This document shows positions 10,278 through 23,116 of a stretch of DNA of 64,000 nucleotides, in pieces (within the stretch, counting starts at the first letter, position 1; each line of letters opens with the position of its first letter). This stretch comes from Azolla caroliniana (Eukaryota; Plantae; Polypodiophyta), in the NCBI GenBank assembly GCA_043228905.1, contig JBHGNT010000012.1, positions 11,284,001-11,348,000 on the forward strand, read 5' to 3'. Position numbers and translations under genes: made by a program. Under the pieces are notes generated by a model. That model ran no database searches. It had not been told where the DNA came from and worked only from the letters and a program-made list of their open reading frames with translations.

Positions 10278-13092
10278 ATGACGATCTTCATCTCTACTGC
10301 CTTACGCCGATGGCTCATGGAGAAACGCTTGGATGGGTACATCCGGGTCGCAGAAGCACCCCCACACCCGGATGCCATGGACATCGCCAGGAAGCTTAAC
10401 ATCGACACGGTCACCAACTCCTCCATCCAGAAGAAGTTGGACCTGTCATCGCTAGGCGAAAGGCATTTCGACATCCCTCCTGCAGAAGCGTTGCACCGAT
10501 ATTTCGGGCCATATTCCTCCTCCGCCAAGGCCTATAGAACCAAGCAGATTCCGGATCCCTTCTTTCGTGAAGTGGCCAAGTTCCTGCTAGAAGTCGGCTG
10601 CATACATGTCAACGCATATAGGATGCCTAAGCAGAAGGCAGGCATCATTATCGATACCTTTGAGGGGCGCGCGGTAGCTTGGGGGGTCATCACAGGGTCG
10701 GCGTTAAGGGAAGGCTTGCATGCGTACCAGGCAAGCAAAAAGCTCAGGCCGATCATACAACAGTACCTTACGGTACTATTTCCACCCCGAGGCCTGCTAG
10801 CACTGCAGCCGAGCCGGCCCACGCCCCCGCCCTGATCCGCAAAGCGCAGGTTAACAAAGTTATCGGCCCTAGAGTGGGAAGATGAACCCCAAACCGCCCA
10901 GCCTGACCCAAGGACAACACCACCTACCGACCAGCCGAACACACGGACAACGCAGGAGGAACAGCCAGCATGTTCCATGGAGGCAGCCCCAGAGCCAGAC
11001 ACCAAAACACGGCAGGATAGCCCTAGACCGAAACGGCGTAGATTGGACAGGAAGGATGGGCGGGGGTTGGTCAAAAACGTTTCCACGGCGACAGAAACAC
11101 CGACCGAAGGCGATGGCTCCGTAGCTACGGAACCCAATACCACCTTCGAAATCATCCGGGAGCCATTGTCGATCATTACGACCCAGTCCCAACGAGGGAA
11201 ACCCGTATTGACGGCGGAAAGCGAGGTTTTGGCATATCCGGATATCCCGGATACGGCCCATGAGTTCAGTGCCCTCTTACAGTTCGGCACTTCTCTTGAG
11301 CTCATGGAGTTCCTGGCAACACAGCAGGTAAAAGCCAGTTGATTGAGCGCGCCCTAACACAAACCACGGAGAGCGACGATGAGGACCGGTTAGCCAGGGT
11401 CGGCAGACAGAGAAACGCCGGGGTACGCCGCGTGGGGATGGAGATACCCCCATTAAACACAGCCCTAGTCGAAGTCCATTGGGAACTAGCAAAGGTCAGC
11501 ACGGGCGCCAAGGAGATGGCCATAAAAAATAAGAATGTCTGGAAGAAGGTGAAACTGACCCAAGTCGAACTACAAAAAGCCAACGAACGCATCGTAGAGT
11601 TGGAAGCTCACACGGCTACGGCGCAACACGCAACTCCGCCACCAAACCAAGCCATCGACGCTTTAAAGGAAGAAATTGAGGCTCAGACCGCAATCGCCTC
11701 AAAAGCGAAAAGGGTCGTGCAACTAGTGGAATCAGAAATTGACCGCCTTCGAGCGGAACTACGCCAATCCTCACACAGAGAAAAGGAGATACGGGCTAAC
11801 GGCCGGAAGGCAGTAAAAACCATGGAAGAGAAACTCGCTATGGAGGTAGGATAGCACATCCAGACAAAAGACGACAACGCCCAATTACGGGAGGACGTGA
11901 AGAAATCGAAGGCGGCAATCGCGGGACTCCGGGCCTTATTAGAAAAAAAGAAGGTATGGTTCGACCAGCAGTTGGTGGTCTAACAAGACAGAAGGCATTA
12001 GCTCGAAATCCCCCTAAACAATGAAATGGGGAAACTAGAAGAACAGCATGAAAAGGAATCCCAGTTGTGGGCGGGCCTGAAGGCCACGTACGAGGAAGCG
12101 GCGGTGGTTAAACGGCAAGAAATCGCAAATCTCCAGAAGTCGATGGAAGACGCACGCAACCGTTGCCAAGCCATCACAAATAACGTGCGTATCCTTCTCC
12201 AAACAAATCGGGAGAGGTTCACAGCGCAATTGAAAATGGCGTTGGACAAAGGATGGATGGCGTGGGCAACCCAAGCAGCGGAATTGCACGTGTATCTTGC
12301 GGACTGAGAGAACCGGCGAAAAGACGGTCGAGGTTTCTATAAACTAAATGAGGAGAGCATTGCGGTCGTACGAGAGGACCTACCGCAAGACTATCGTGCG
12401 CTAGCAGACCAACATTCCGAAGAACTCGCATAGCTCTTAGATGATTTTGGTGAAAACCAGGAGGAGTTATTTCACCAGATCACACAAGCCAGAAACACGC
12501 GCACAAACAAGGAATCCAGCGCGACCCCAATTCCGGGCACGGCCGAAGAAGAGGAACCACAGGCCCGATCACCTGAAATGACAACGACGGAGAACAGCGG
12601 GGACCGACGAGCGGAGTTCCCCACAGGACCAGACATCGAAACCACTGCACAAAAAGCGGTTCATCCGCACGAGCCCATGCTATCATCAGACCACACGGAG
12701 AACGGTGCGGGCCAGGCGGAATCTCCGCCCCACTCCCCGAAACGTACAAAAACGGCCAACACCACGGAGGACGTAACAATTGAGGCAGAGCCGCAGCTGA
12801 CTGCAAGCACGACAACGGCGGAGCCCATCCCACTAGCTCCAGAAGAGCCCACCGTACCCGGACCGTCCACACACGGCAACTGTGACTCCGGGAGCCACAC
12901 CAGATAGGGGAGCCACACCAAGATGCACCTACGGGCCCTACGTCACCTCCAGACGCAGACACCACAGCAAAGCCAAACCAGCCCAACCAGATAGGGGAGC
13001 CACACCAAGATGCACCTACGGGCCCTACGTCACCTCCAGACGCGGACAGCACAGCAAAGCCAAACATCCGGGCCATTTTGGAAGAGGATTAA
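10278..13092 (+). pseudogene. Extra ORF (ORF2) of gypsy B, disrupted
   Basis: Fragments homologous to 60725-63178 (RRWL..LDGYI, YFGPYS.SAKAY, AHEFSALLQFGTS.EL, WATQAAEL); ends NIRAILEED*; 87-bp tandem duplication at 12900-13065. Confidence 0.88.
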
Positions 13093-13096
13093 CGGG

Positions 13097-13137
13097 ATGG
13101 GTCCGACGTGCCAGGGCACTGTCCCACAGGCGTGCCA
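13097..13137 (+). other. tRNA-3'-end-like motif at the PPT position (element B)
   Basis: atggg tccgac gtgc cagg gcac tgt cccac aggcgtgCCA, then GG, then LTR TG. Confidence 0.85.
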
Positions 13138-13139
13138 GG

Positions 13140-13472
13140 TGTTGTCCGCCGAAATAGTAACCGACGGACAAAAGCGTAGGAATAAGAAATAATATAAGAT
13201 AATAACGTATGTAACGGTTCACGCAGGAAGCGTGAACCGCTAAATAGACCCTGCGTATATAAAGGGCAGAAAACCTCTGATAGACGGGGCGTGTAATTTT
13301 GGGGAATGTAAAGAAACGTCTCATAATAGAATTCTATCTTCTCATATTTCCTGTGTATAGCTATGGCTAATTCACTGTGTGTGTCTTGAATACCTAAGCG
13401 TTTAAGTACGTAAGTTTAACCCTTGATAGGGATTCGGTTGTAGTCGTCTCCCTTATACGCTGATAGGTTACA
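13140..13472 (+). repeat. 3' LTR of gypsy B (right end inferred)
   Basis: Begins TGTTGTCC like family C LTRs; TATATAAA at ~13256; ends ggttaCA; partner LTR outside window. Confidence 0.7.
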
Positions 13473-14270
13473 GGGAACCTTCTCCTACGCATTACGCTGT
13501 CGCGTTGCTACGCGCGTGCGTGGAGAAGGGCGGGACCACGGGGGTCTTGGACTAAGGAGTGGAGGAGAAGGAATCGGATAGGGAATGGAAGCTTTGCTCA
13601 AGAAGAAGAAGAAGAATGAACAAGAGATTAGATCGAACAAGAGGAAGATGGAGACAAGATGATCAACAAGATGTATTAAAATGAAATGAACGATTACAAA
13701 ATGGTGGCCGCATAGGCCGCACCAAACGACTACTCGAAACCCTAACCCTAACCCTAACGCTCGACCTATGTGGTATACCTCGCACACTCAAAATAGGCAA
13801 CCCTCACAATGGTGCCTTCCCTCTCCTTTTATAGCACAAGGAGGGAAGACCGTTTACAAAACGAGACTAAAATATCCCCTTTCATTCAAAGGGGATATTT
13901 GCCTTGATTTGGGGAGGGTGAGATTGATGGCCCCTTAACTCCCACCTCCTCACAAACAACTAGGTACCTATGTACCGCATAGTACCTCTCTCTCTCTCGC
14001 GCGTGGATGTGCACACAAGACCACATCGCCTTTATACCTTAGGGATCTTATGGGGCATTTCTAGCACCATACCCTTTTCCCCTATTATTATTACAAATAC
14101 ATTATGTACGTGTGCAATGTTGCACATCGCTCTTTGGCTCTCGTTGCTCGAGTTTCCGCTCGTGGATGAAAATCTTCACGACAACGCTTAGACACCTGTT
14201 CGTTGTTCCACACCCAGTTGGAGGTCTAGGTCGAAGGACTGACCGCGGACCGTGTTCCTAATCGGCAACA
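13473..14270 (-). repeat. Probable partial LTR of another retroelement
   Basis: TATAAAAG on minus (~13825), (GAA)n and (CT)n tracts, (CCCTAA)3, ends ggcaaCA exactly where chromovirus RT begins. Confidence 0.45.
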
Positions 14271-14622
14271 AATACAAGGTAATGTCTTTCGGTCTTACTA
14301 ACGCCCCAACTATTTTTTAACATATGATGAACAATATATTCCGGGAATATCTCTATCATTTCGTGGTCATCTACCTTTATGATATTCTCATTTTTTCACT
14401 AAACATGGGGGAGCACACCCACCAAGTTCAATTTATTCTTGCTAAACTTCGGGAGCACGGCCTTTATGCCAAAAGTGAGAAACGTGAGTTTGACTGTACA
14501 TCAATTGAATTCCTAGGCTACATCATCTCACCCATTGAAATCACAATGGATACGAAGAAGGTCTCAGTCATTCAGGAGTGGGTGACTCCAAGTCGACTTA
14601 AAGATGTGCAATCCTTCGTCGG
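14271..14622 (+). pseudogene. Chromovirus (Tcn1-like) RT fragment; continues at 51017
   Basis: YKVMSFGLTNAP...YLYDILIFS...KDVQSFVG; frame resumes FANFY at ~51022. Confidence 0.88.
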
Positions 14623-15355
14623 TGTCACGAACACACTAATCGCAGACTACGACAGAACAGAGATGGCGAGGGTACGTTCCATAAGGCTACAAACATGGAA
14701 CTGAAAGTGACGAGGCTAGGAACTCTAGAAGTTGTGAGTGGTGAGACTATGTACTTAGGAAGCTATGGAGAGCATGAAGACATAGATGAAGAAGGAGACA
14801 AAATGGAATGGAACAAGAATACTAGATTGATGTGTCAATGACTGGTGTTGAATCCCCTAAAAGGGACTAAGGAGGTTACAAGTATTTATACAAGTTCTAA
14901 GATTGAATATCTCTAGAATATACTCAAGAAATATCTCTAAAATATACCCGACAAATATTTCTAGAATATACCCATCTAGAATACACCATAGAATATGTCT
15001 AGAATATACGAAAGACTAGAATATTCTAGAATGTATTATACACGAAACTAACAACAATATACTAAACTATTATATACAAGAACTAGAACAAGAACAAGAA
15101 TGAGCGACCATGCATGACACTCACTCGGAACTGGAACACGAACGGGAGTGAGCAACCATGCATGGCACTCACCAGGAACTGGAACACGAATGGGAGTGAG
15201 CGACCATGCGGTCCTCACAGAGAACTAGAAAAACAACGGGCAAAGGAGTGCAAGTGAAGCGGTCAACTCGACTTCTTCTATTATGAGAGAGTAAATAGTC
15301 GAGGTTGACCCAAAACACGGCACAATTGGTAGCACTAGAGAGAAACCAACGTGAT

Positions 15356-15852
15356 TGTTGTCCATAGGCCAGAAATATAAATACATTATGTAAACTCGCC
15401 GTTAGGTAGAAGAGTAGGTGAGGAAATAGGTAAACTAGAAATAGTTGAGTTTTTAGCCCTCACAACCAGCCGATGGCTCGGCTCTGTCTCAAGAGAAAAA
15501 CTATATAACCCGAGATATGCATACCTCAAGGGGGAATTATCTAGATCATTTTTAGCGTGATTAATATCGTAGCACCGAGCTCTGCACGAATTGTTTCCAA
15601 CCGAGAACCGTGTACTGTAATCACTGTGAGCTTTATCATTTAATATAAGTTTCGTTCTTACTATTCTTTTATCTGTGTATTCTCCCCATACTCGTAAACC
15701 GAGCTACGTTTATGCCTAACGGGTTGTAGCCCATGTACGCTCCTTGTACTCCTATCGTCTTCTCCGTGTAGAAAAGGCTTCCACATAACACGATCCCTTG
15801 ATACCGATAGCTTGTGGGCTCATCGAAGGTGTTTCCCCATAAACGGTTAACA
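15356..15852 (+). repeat. 5' LTR of C
   Basis: TGTTGTCC...GGTTAACA; four related copies in window. Confidence 0.95.
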
Positions 15853-15857
15853 CAATT

Positions 15858-15869
15858 TGGCACGCCCGG
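15858..15869 (+). promoter_or_regulatory. PBS (tRNA-Arg type) of C
   Basis: TGGCACGCCCGG, 5 nt after LTR; identical to PBS of G. Confidence 0.85.
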
Positions 15870-15926
15870 TTACAGTTGTAAGGTCACAACGAACAACGTA
15901 GGAGGCAAACCCCAGCCGCCAGTACG

Positions 15927-17672
15927 GTGCCCAATCACATCACGCGGTCTCGACCACCTGCCCGACGCCCGAAGCCAGTCGAAGGAACTTCCGACTCGGC
16001 GGTCATTGACCAATCTTTCCAGGAACTATCGGAGGCTCACTGGTTGCAATCCTCGCCACCCAATACCCAATCGCGAGTTGATTCCACACTGACCTCCCCG
16101 TTGAGCCCTCTAGAGGTCACCCAACCTGACCCTAACCCTTTTTTGGCTTTACTTGAAGACCCGGATCTCGATACCATGCCTTACCCTTACCCATGATATA
16201 CCGACGGCCCCGACGCGGAATCACACACCCATGCTTTCGTGTCCACATGGCAGGCCAACCACTCGACGCAACGGTTATCGACCGCCGAAATCGAGTCCTC
16301 TAAAATCACGGAATGTTCGCTTTATCCCTCGATGTCCCAACTGCTCGATGGTACTCCCACCTCAACATGGGGGAGGTCACAACGTTCCAGGACGTCCGAA
16401 CAAAGTTTCTAGAATTATTTCACCGCCAAGTTCCGAAGCGCGAACTACTCCAGCAATTCTTTTCCATGAGCCAAGAATCTCACGAGACGGTCGCCCAGTT
16501 CACGATCCGGTTTCAGGATCTCTACCGACAACTGGCCGACAATGTTTCCGCCCATCACATTCCGGATACCTTCCTATCCAGCCTACAAGAGCCTCTACGG
16601 ATGACCCTCGCACTTACCAATTTCTCTAACTAGACGATCGAGCAAGTCATCGCACGCATCCTCGCCATCGATAGGACACAGCATAACACGGCTTTCTCCA
16701 TGGGCTCTTTGCAAAGCTCCCTTCCTTCGGAGGACAATCGTTTCCGACAAGACCTCCAATGCACAGCCTGCTCAGGCTCAGGCTATCTGGCTCTCGAGTG
16801 CCCTCACCGGCCACACTGCCCAATATGTCAATCCCAAGCTCACACAATTGAACAATGTGAGTACAACATGCTCAACCGCACAACGACGGCTCTGGTTCGC
16901 CAAATCGAGCTTCGGAATACATACTCCCGGCAGGATGACTGTCAGTCATACCGACATCGGGCAAATGAGCGACCACGCTCTCCGGATCGCCAACCCCGCG
17001 ACCACAACTACCACCGCGACGATGACTACCGCCACGACGACGACTACCGTCTCAACAACGACCGTTACCGCCACGACAATCGCAGGCGATCAAACGACCA
17101 CCGTGACCAGTACCACGACGACCAATATAGAGCAAACGATGAGTATGATCGGTATGACAATGACCAGGATGACCGGTACGATCAGCGGTATTCACGAAAC
17201 GATAGAAGAAACTCTTATAGAGGTTCGCGGAACAATTGACAGCAGAACGACAATCGTCATCGAGACCCCCCTCCAAACATCCCGCACAACGTGCCACGGG
17301 CCAACACGCCTACACAAGCGGTTGGGAACCACTCACAACCTCTCCCACACTAAGCACGGTGGCACCAGCAACTCGGCATCCGTTGCCTACTTTAAGTGTA
17401 ACCAACCCGGCCACTACGCTACCCAATGCCCAACCACGAACCACGGCAAGGCCCCGGCCATGAATACTATTAAGGCTAACGTTCAACACGTCACTACATG
17501 TAGCAAGCCCCAAACCAGCCAATGGCAAGAACAAGATAACGTTCGACACGCAGCCAACGAATGGATTTCAACCGCCAATAAAAGAAACGTCGAACAGATG
17601 CACACAGAGATCAAGGACGTGACCATCGATGCACCACCGCCCACAGGATCATCCACCATGGCAGAAGATGAC
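15927..17672 (+). pseudogene. gag of C (capsid, double zinc knuckle, R/D/Y-rich linker, third knuckle)
   Basis: KFLELFHRQVP..Q..HETVAQFTIRF, CTACSGSGYLALEC..HCPICQSQAHTIEQC, FKCNQPGHYATQC; homologous to G gag; frameshifted; start approximate. Confidence 0.88.
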
Positions 17673-18171
17673 TGTTAACCATTTCTGGGGAAATACCTTT
17701 GATGAGCCCACAGGCTATCGGTATCAAGGGATAGTGTTACGGGGAAGCCTCTTCTACACGGAGAAGACGATAGGAGTGTGAGGAGCGTACACAGGCTACA
17801 ACCTGTTAGGCATAAACGTAGCTCGGTTTACGAGTACGGTGAGAATACACAGATAAAAGAATAGTAAGAGAGAAACTTATATTAAATGATAAAGCTCACA
17901 GTGATTACACTACACGGCTCTCAGCCGGAAACAGTTCGTGCAGAGCTCGGTGCTACATTATTAATCACCCTAAAAATGATCTAGATAATCCCTCCTTGAG
18001 GTATGCATATCTCGGGTTATATAGTTTTCCTCTTGAGACAAAGTCGAGCCATTGGCTCATTGTGAGGGCTAAAAACTCGACTATTTCTAGTTTACCTATT
18101 TCCCCGCCTACTTTTCTACCTAACGGGGATTTTACATAATGTATTTATATTTCTGGCCTATGGACAACACC

Positions 18172-18211
18172 TGGCATGCTCGTGGGACAAGACTTTGTCC
18201 GTCGGACCCAC
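18172..18211 (-). other. tRNA-3'-end-like motif at the PPT position (element E)
   Basis: Minus strand gtggg tccgac ggac aaa gtct tgt cccac gagcatgCCA, then GG, then TGTTGTCC. Confidence 0.85.
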
Positions 18212-18302
18212 GGTTCACAATGTGGAGGGGTAACCATGGATTTGGCAAAAACAAAACAAATTACAAAAATTGCCCGTTTATACAAGGGCTTATAAGTTTC
18301 TT

Positions 18303-19975
18303 TCACTCCTCTTCTAATATGCCGAGGATATCCTCGGGGGCGTGGGGTTGGTCTAGCTGCTCGGAACGTGGGGTTGGTGATGGAGGTTCTGTTGCCAAGT
18401 CGGGGATGGTTGTGTCGTCGCGTGCGCGGCCCTCTATTTGTACCGATTCAGGCAGGGTCGTGGTTGTAGTTTGTGGCTCGGGTGGGATGGGGGGATCTGT
18501 AGGGGCAAGTTCCTCCTGTCTGGCTTCCGTGGTGGGTGGCTCAGGTTCTTGCTCATTGGTCGTGGGAGCTCTATTAATCCCGGTAGCTAGGCGTTCCTCG
18601 TCGTAAGCTTCGGCTTCTAAGTGAAACACCACTAGATCGTCGTTGAATTCCTCTAAAATTTGCTCGATGCTAGCGGTGTGGGATGTTGCTAAGGTATGAT
18701 TTTCCTCAATCAAGTCTTCACGGAGAGTCTGGATGTTGGTGTCATCCATCTTGTAAAACCCTCGACCCTCCTTCCGTCGGTTCTCGACGTCCACGTGTAG
18801 TATGTGTAGTTCCGTGGGTTGGGTTGACCACTCCTGCCAGACACGGTCAAGTGTTTCTTCGATCTTCTTGGTGAATTTCTGAGCTATGAGTGCCATTGTC
18901 TGCTCGTAACATTTGGTGAGCTGAGCTACAGTTTTGTCCCTGTCCTGCCTCCAAGTGTCCCGATGTCATTCTCCGGCGACGATGTGCTCTGTTTGCAACT
19001 GATGATACGCATCGGAAATTTTCACCCTTTGCTCTTCAGAGATCCTCCACTTTTGCATGTGCTCGTTTGCTAATTCTTGTAATGCCCTTTGTTGATGGCA
19101 TAATTCTTGGTTGTCTGCGAATAGCTCGCGTTCCCGTTGGCTATTCCGCTCTCCCTCTTTAAGGAATCGTTCTTTACCCTCAGTGATAGGAACCTAAAGG
19201 GTAATCACCTCTCTTTCTTGTGCTTTGAGTGCGACCGAGCTTTCAGCAAGCAGTCACTTGAGGTCAGCTTCACGGCCCGCGGCTTGTTCCCGTAGTTGAC
19301 AAATCATGTGGTTGTGGTTTTGTTCTGCTAACTCGGCCATAGCGATCTGGGCTACAGCTTGCTGGATCCGGGGAGTGGTTTCCCTGTCCATTTGTGTAGA
19401 TCTTTCCATGACGAGAGGTGGTGGTGGTGTTTGCATGGAAGCGTGGCTGGTTTGGGGTTGCGGGCTTATATCTGCCCGTGACGATGGCTCTCTTGTCTGT
19501 ACCAACTCCTTCATTGTGCTTGCATCGACCGTGGCTACCCTGGGGTGAGCTCTGTCGTCTTTGTGTGCTTCAGTAACAGCAACACTCAGGCTCGGGTTCA
19601 GAAGAGGGGCATGTGACACATAGTTACTCGGCACAGGGAGGCTTAAGGGCGGTTGTTCTTGATGTTGATGCTTCAATGATGCCAATTTCTCCTCGGCGGC
19701 TTACCATAGTTCGGTAGCCCGATTGTCTTGCTCATGCGCCATTTTGATACGTCGGGCCATGTCCTTGGTTGCCCAAGTAGTGTGGTGCAGATTCCGATAT
19801 GCCTTGACTAATGCTGTGTTCAGATCTGGTAGCTCCATGAGGAAAGAAGCATTTTGTGCTTGCTTCTTCCGCCCTATCTTCTATAAGGCTCAATCCTCGT
19901 GAGGTTCGATATCTCCCATTAGAGCGTGTTGGATCATCTTCGGCCATACGAGCGGCGGCAGCTACTTGGGCACGT
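18303..19975 (-). pseudogene. ORF2 C-terminal part of E (further piece 23117-23600)
   Basis: Highly similar to 47675-49479; ends EDILGILEEE*. Confidence 0.88.
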
Positions 19976-19976
19976 G

Positions 19977-22900
19977 TGTTGAAGCGACAAGCTCAACTTG
20001 AGCCGGATCGGCTGAATAAGCCTGAGCTGGCAAGCGAAACGGATCGGTAAGCCGGCAAGCAATAGAGCCGGTGAGCTGGGGAGCCGATTAGCCGGGTCCA
20101 ATCGGTAACCGGAATCCTCCCGTCTCTGCGCCCTTGCGCAATAATTTGGTCCTCTTCCTCAATGAAGCACCCGAGGTGCGTAAACCACACCTGCATCCCT
20201 GGTCGAGTATCTGTCCGACCGACACCAGGTTCTTCATGATTGTCATAACGTGTAATACGTTCATCAGCTTCCCCTTCTATCCGACGTGGCTCAAAGGGAC
20301 TTCTCCGACGTGCACGATTGGGTGAGGAGTGTCGTCTCTGGTTTTGACTACTCCTGGTTGATCCGGTTTTTCCAAAAAGGAGAACCACTCTTTGTGGCTC
20401 GTCATGTGGTTCGACGCACTGGAGTCAACATACCAAACTTCCTCCGATTTGGAAGTGGTCTTCTTCATCGAGTTCGCCTCGTGCTTCATCACCAAGGCTG
20501 GCCCGTTACCATTCTTGGATCCTCCCGATCCCTTCGCGTAGTGCGAGCTTTGCCGGCCATCCTTGATGGCCTTGCCGAATCCGGATTTGTCCAAATCGGC
20601 GCGTTTTCTCTAGCACTCGCTTTCTCTATTGCCCTTTTTGCCACAGTACTAGCATTCCATTGCAGATTTGTCTTGCCGGCCTCCGGCACCGCCTTGACTC
20701 CCCCTGCCTGTGGAAGTCCCGGAACTACTTTCGGCACGTTCTCTGTGCCTTTGTTCTTGCTCTTGCCGGCCGCCTCCATTGCGTGCCGACCCGCCTCGTC
20801 CACCACGCCCACAGGACCGATCCGCTTCCGTGTACATCATCCGACTGTCAATGGGTGCGCTAGTTGACGCACCGGCGTGGTTCTTCTCTACAAGGAGCAT
20901 CGACTGTAAGTCGAAAAATGATGGTGTATTCTCCCTTGTACACACTGCCGTTCGGAACGCTCTAAACTTAGACGCCAGGCCCCCAAGACAGACTTGTACC
21001 ATCTCGTCTTCCTCTATGGTAACGTTGATAGAGGCAAGCGAGTCACAGATCTCTTTGATCCGGGACGTGTAATCTGCCATCGACATGTCCTTCTGTCAGA
21101 CATTGCTCAACTCCTGTCGGAGTTGCAGCTTCCGGGCTGTAGTGCTCACGGCGAAAACATTCTTTAGGTTCCCCCAAGCCTCCTTCGGCATCTTGGCATC
21201 TTGGATGTGGCTCAGCAGCTGGTCTCCGACACTGGACGCGAAGCAGTACATCGCTCTGCTTGCCGATTGTTCCCACACTGGGAAATCCTTATGTGCCACA
21301 TCAGGTGTTGTTTCGTTGGCTCCTTCGACGAAACTCCAGTAGCCATGCCAAGCAGGTACTGGTGCATCTTATACGACCAAGATGCATAGTTGGATCTGTC
21401 GAGTTTCTCCATAGGGAGCGAGCTAGCCATCCCTCTATCCATCACTTCTTTGTCTGTTGTTTTTACGACCTCTTAGGGTTTGCTATCAGCGTTTGTTGGC
21501 TACAAAGGAGGTTCTCAACCCTCGCGCTCTGATACCATGTAAACGATTACCTGCGGAAGCATTAGAAAAAAACAGAGAGATTAGGGAATACACAGAGTAC
21601 CCGGGAGAGACAGAGAGAGCAGAACCTCAAAGCTATATTCAAAAACGATATATATGCCTCCTTCTTTACAATTGTGCTCAGTAGCACTATTTATACAAGT
21701 CCTTCCAAGTGTCAATCTCTATGGCAGTCAGTTCTTCCAACCGACTTCTCCTAGCATTGCTCCGCCTTGCTCGCACTCCTCGTCCGGTCCGGTTCTGTTT
21801 GCCACGACCCCTCTTGTTCTACGCCCCTCAACCTTCTCGATCGGTATGTCTGCTCAATAGGCCCCTCTCAGCTCCTTCGCTGGTATGACTCCGGCGCTTA
21901 TCGATCCGTCGGTTCCTCCGCGATGGCATCGACTTCCGCTGAATCCATGTTAGCTTGGCCTTGAACTGATCCAGTTCTTCCGAATCTGTCTTTTTAACTA
22001 AATCTACTGTCTCCGATTCGTTCCAGCTCTTGTCCGAACCGGTTGCTCCCGATTCGTCTTCTGGTTCCAAGCCCTTCACTACATCGGACCATGTCCGGGT
22101 CTTGGCCTTCTTCCTTCGGTCGGCTCTGTCCTTCTTGACTCTGCCACCTTCTGTTCTTCCCTCACCGGCGCAATCGGCAGTCTCTTTGCCTTTGCCTATT
22201 CTCCCCCTCAAGTGTGGCACGTCGAGATGCTAAACACCAAGCATTTCAGTGAAGTGCTACAACTTGTCCGATCTGAGCGGCTTGGTGAAGATGTCGGCTA
22301 CTTGCCGATCCGTGTGAACATACCATAGTTCAACGTCACCGCTCAGGACCCGCTCACACACAAAGTGATAATGCACTTCTATGTGCTTCGTGCGAGCATG
22401 GAACACAGGGTTCTTGGCGAGTTGCACGCTGCTTATGTTGTCGCAGTAGACCAGAATCGGGGTCGGTACCTCGATCCGTAAGTCTTGCAGCAGTCGCTAA
22501 AGCTAGATGGCTTCACAGGTGGCAATGGTAGCGCCCCGATACTCAACCTCAGTGCTCGACAGAGCAACTGTTGGCTGCTTTTTGTTGCTCCATGCAACAA
22601 TCGCGCTACCTAGGGAAAACATGTAACCGGAGGTTGATCTGCGATTTGATGCATCGTCGGCCCAGTCGGCATCCGTGTAACTCACGAGCTCTTCGGGTGT
22701 ACCGCGCCGGTATAACAGGCCCCGGTCCTTCGTGCCGCTGACATACCGCAATATCCTTTGCGCGCACTGAAGGTGCTCCACAGTCGGCTTCTGCATGAAC
22801 TGACTTATCATGCCGACTGGATAGCTGATGTCGGGTCGTGTGATAGTCAAGTAAATAAGGCTTCCGACAATCTGTCGAAACCGTTGCTCGTTGCAGGCTG

Positions 22901-23116
22901 GTCCGGAGTTGGGACGAAGCTCCTGGTTCTGGTCCAAGGGTGTGGAGACATGTCGGCATTTTGTCATGCCGAACTTGTACAACATATTCAAGACATAATG
23001 TCGTTGTGAGAGCAATATGTCGTCCGGGGTTCGGATCACCTCAATCCCTAGAAAATAATGAAGGAGGCATATATATCGTTTTTTAATATAGCTTTGAGGT
23101 TCTGCTCTTTTCATTT
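19977..23116 (-). mobile_element. Patchwork of Ty1/copia fragments inside E: RT/RNase H end, 3' UTR, single LTR (21538-~21822), PBS, gag, PR
   Basis: YTDADWA/KHIEVHYH (22330-23050), PPT-like TTGAGGGG, PBS TGGTATCAGAGC 21526-21537, gag KLDRSNYASW, PR VDSSAS; inverted LTR piece 23059-23110. Confidence 0.82.

Larger units (their letters stand above)
1..13472 (+). mobile_element. Ty3/gypsy non-chromovirus (Athila/Tat-like) LTR retrotransposon 'B'; 5' end outside window; interrupted by copia A
   Basis: Gag knuckle CFICQQPGH (~428-455), then PR (IDGGSGVN), RT, RNase H (DASDIAIG), IN (PFQKWGLD, GPY-type motif), extra ORF, tRNA-like motif and 3' LTR; homologous to D and G. Confidence 0.93.

Noticed and set aside
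13737-13757. Interstitial telomere
   Set aside because: Only three CCCTAA units; consistent with a telo-box-like motif in an LTR.
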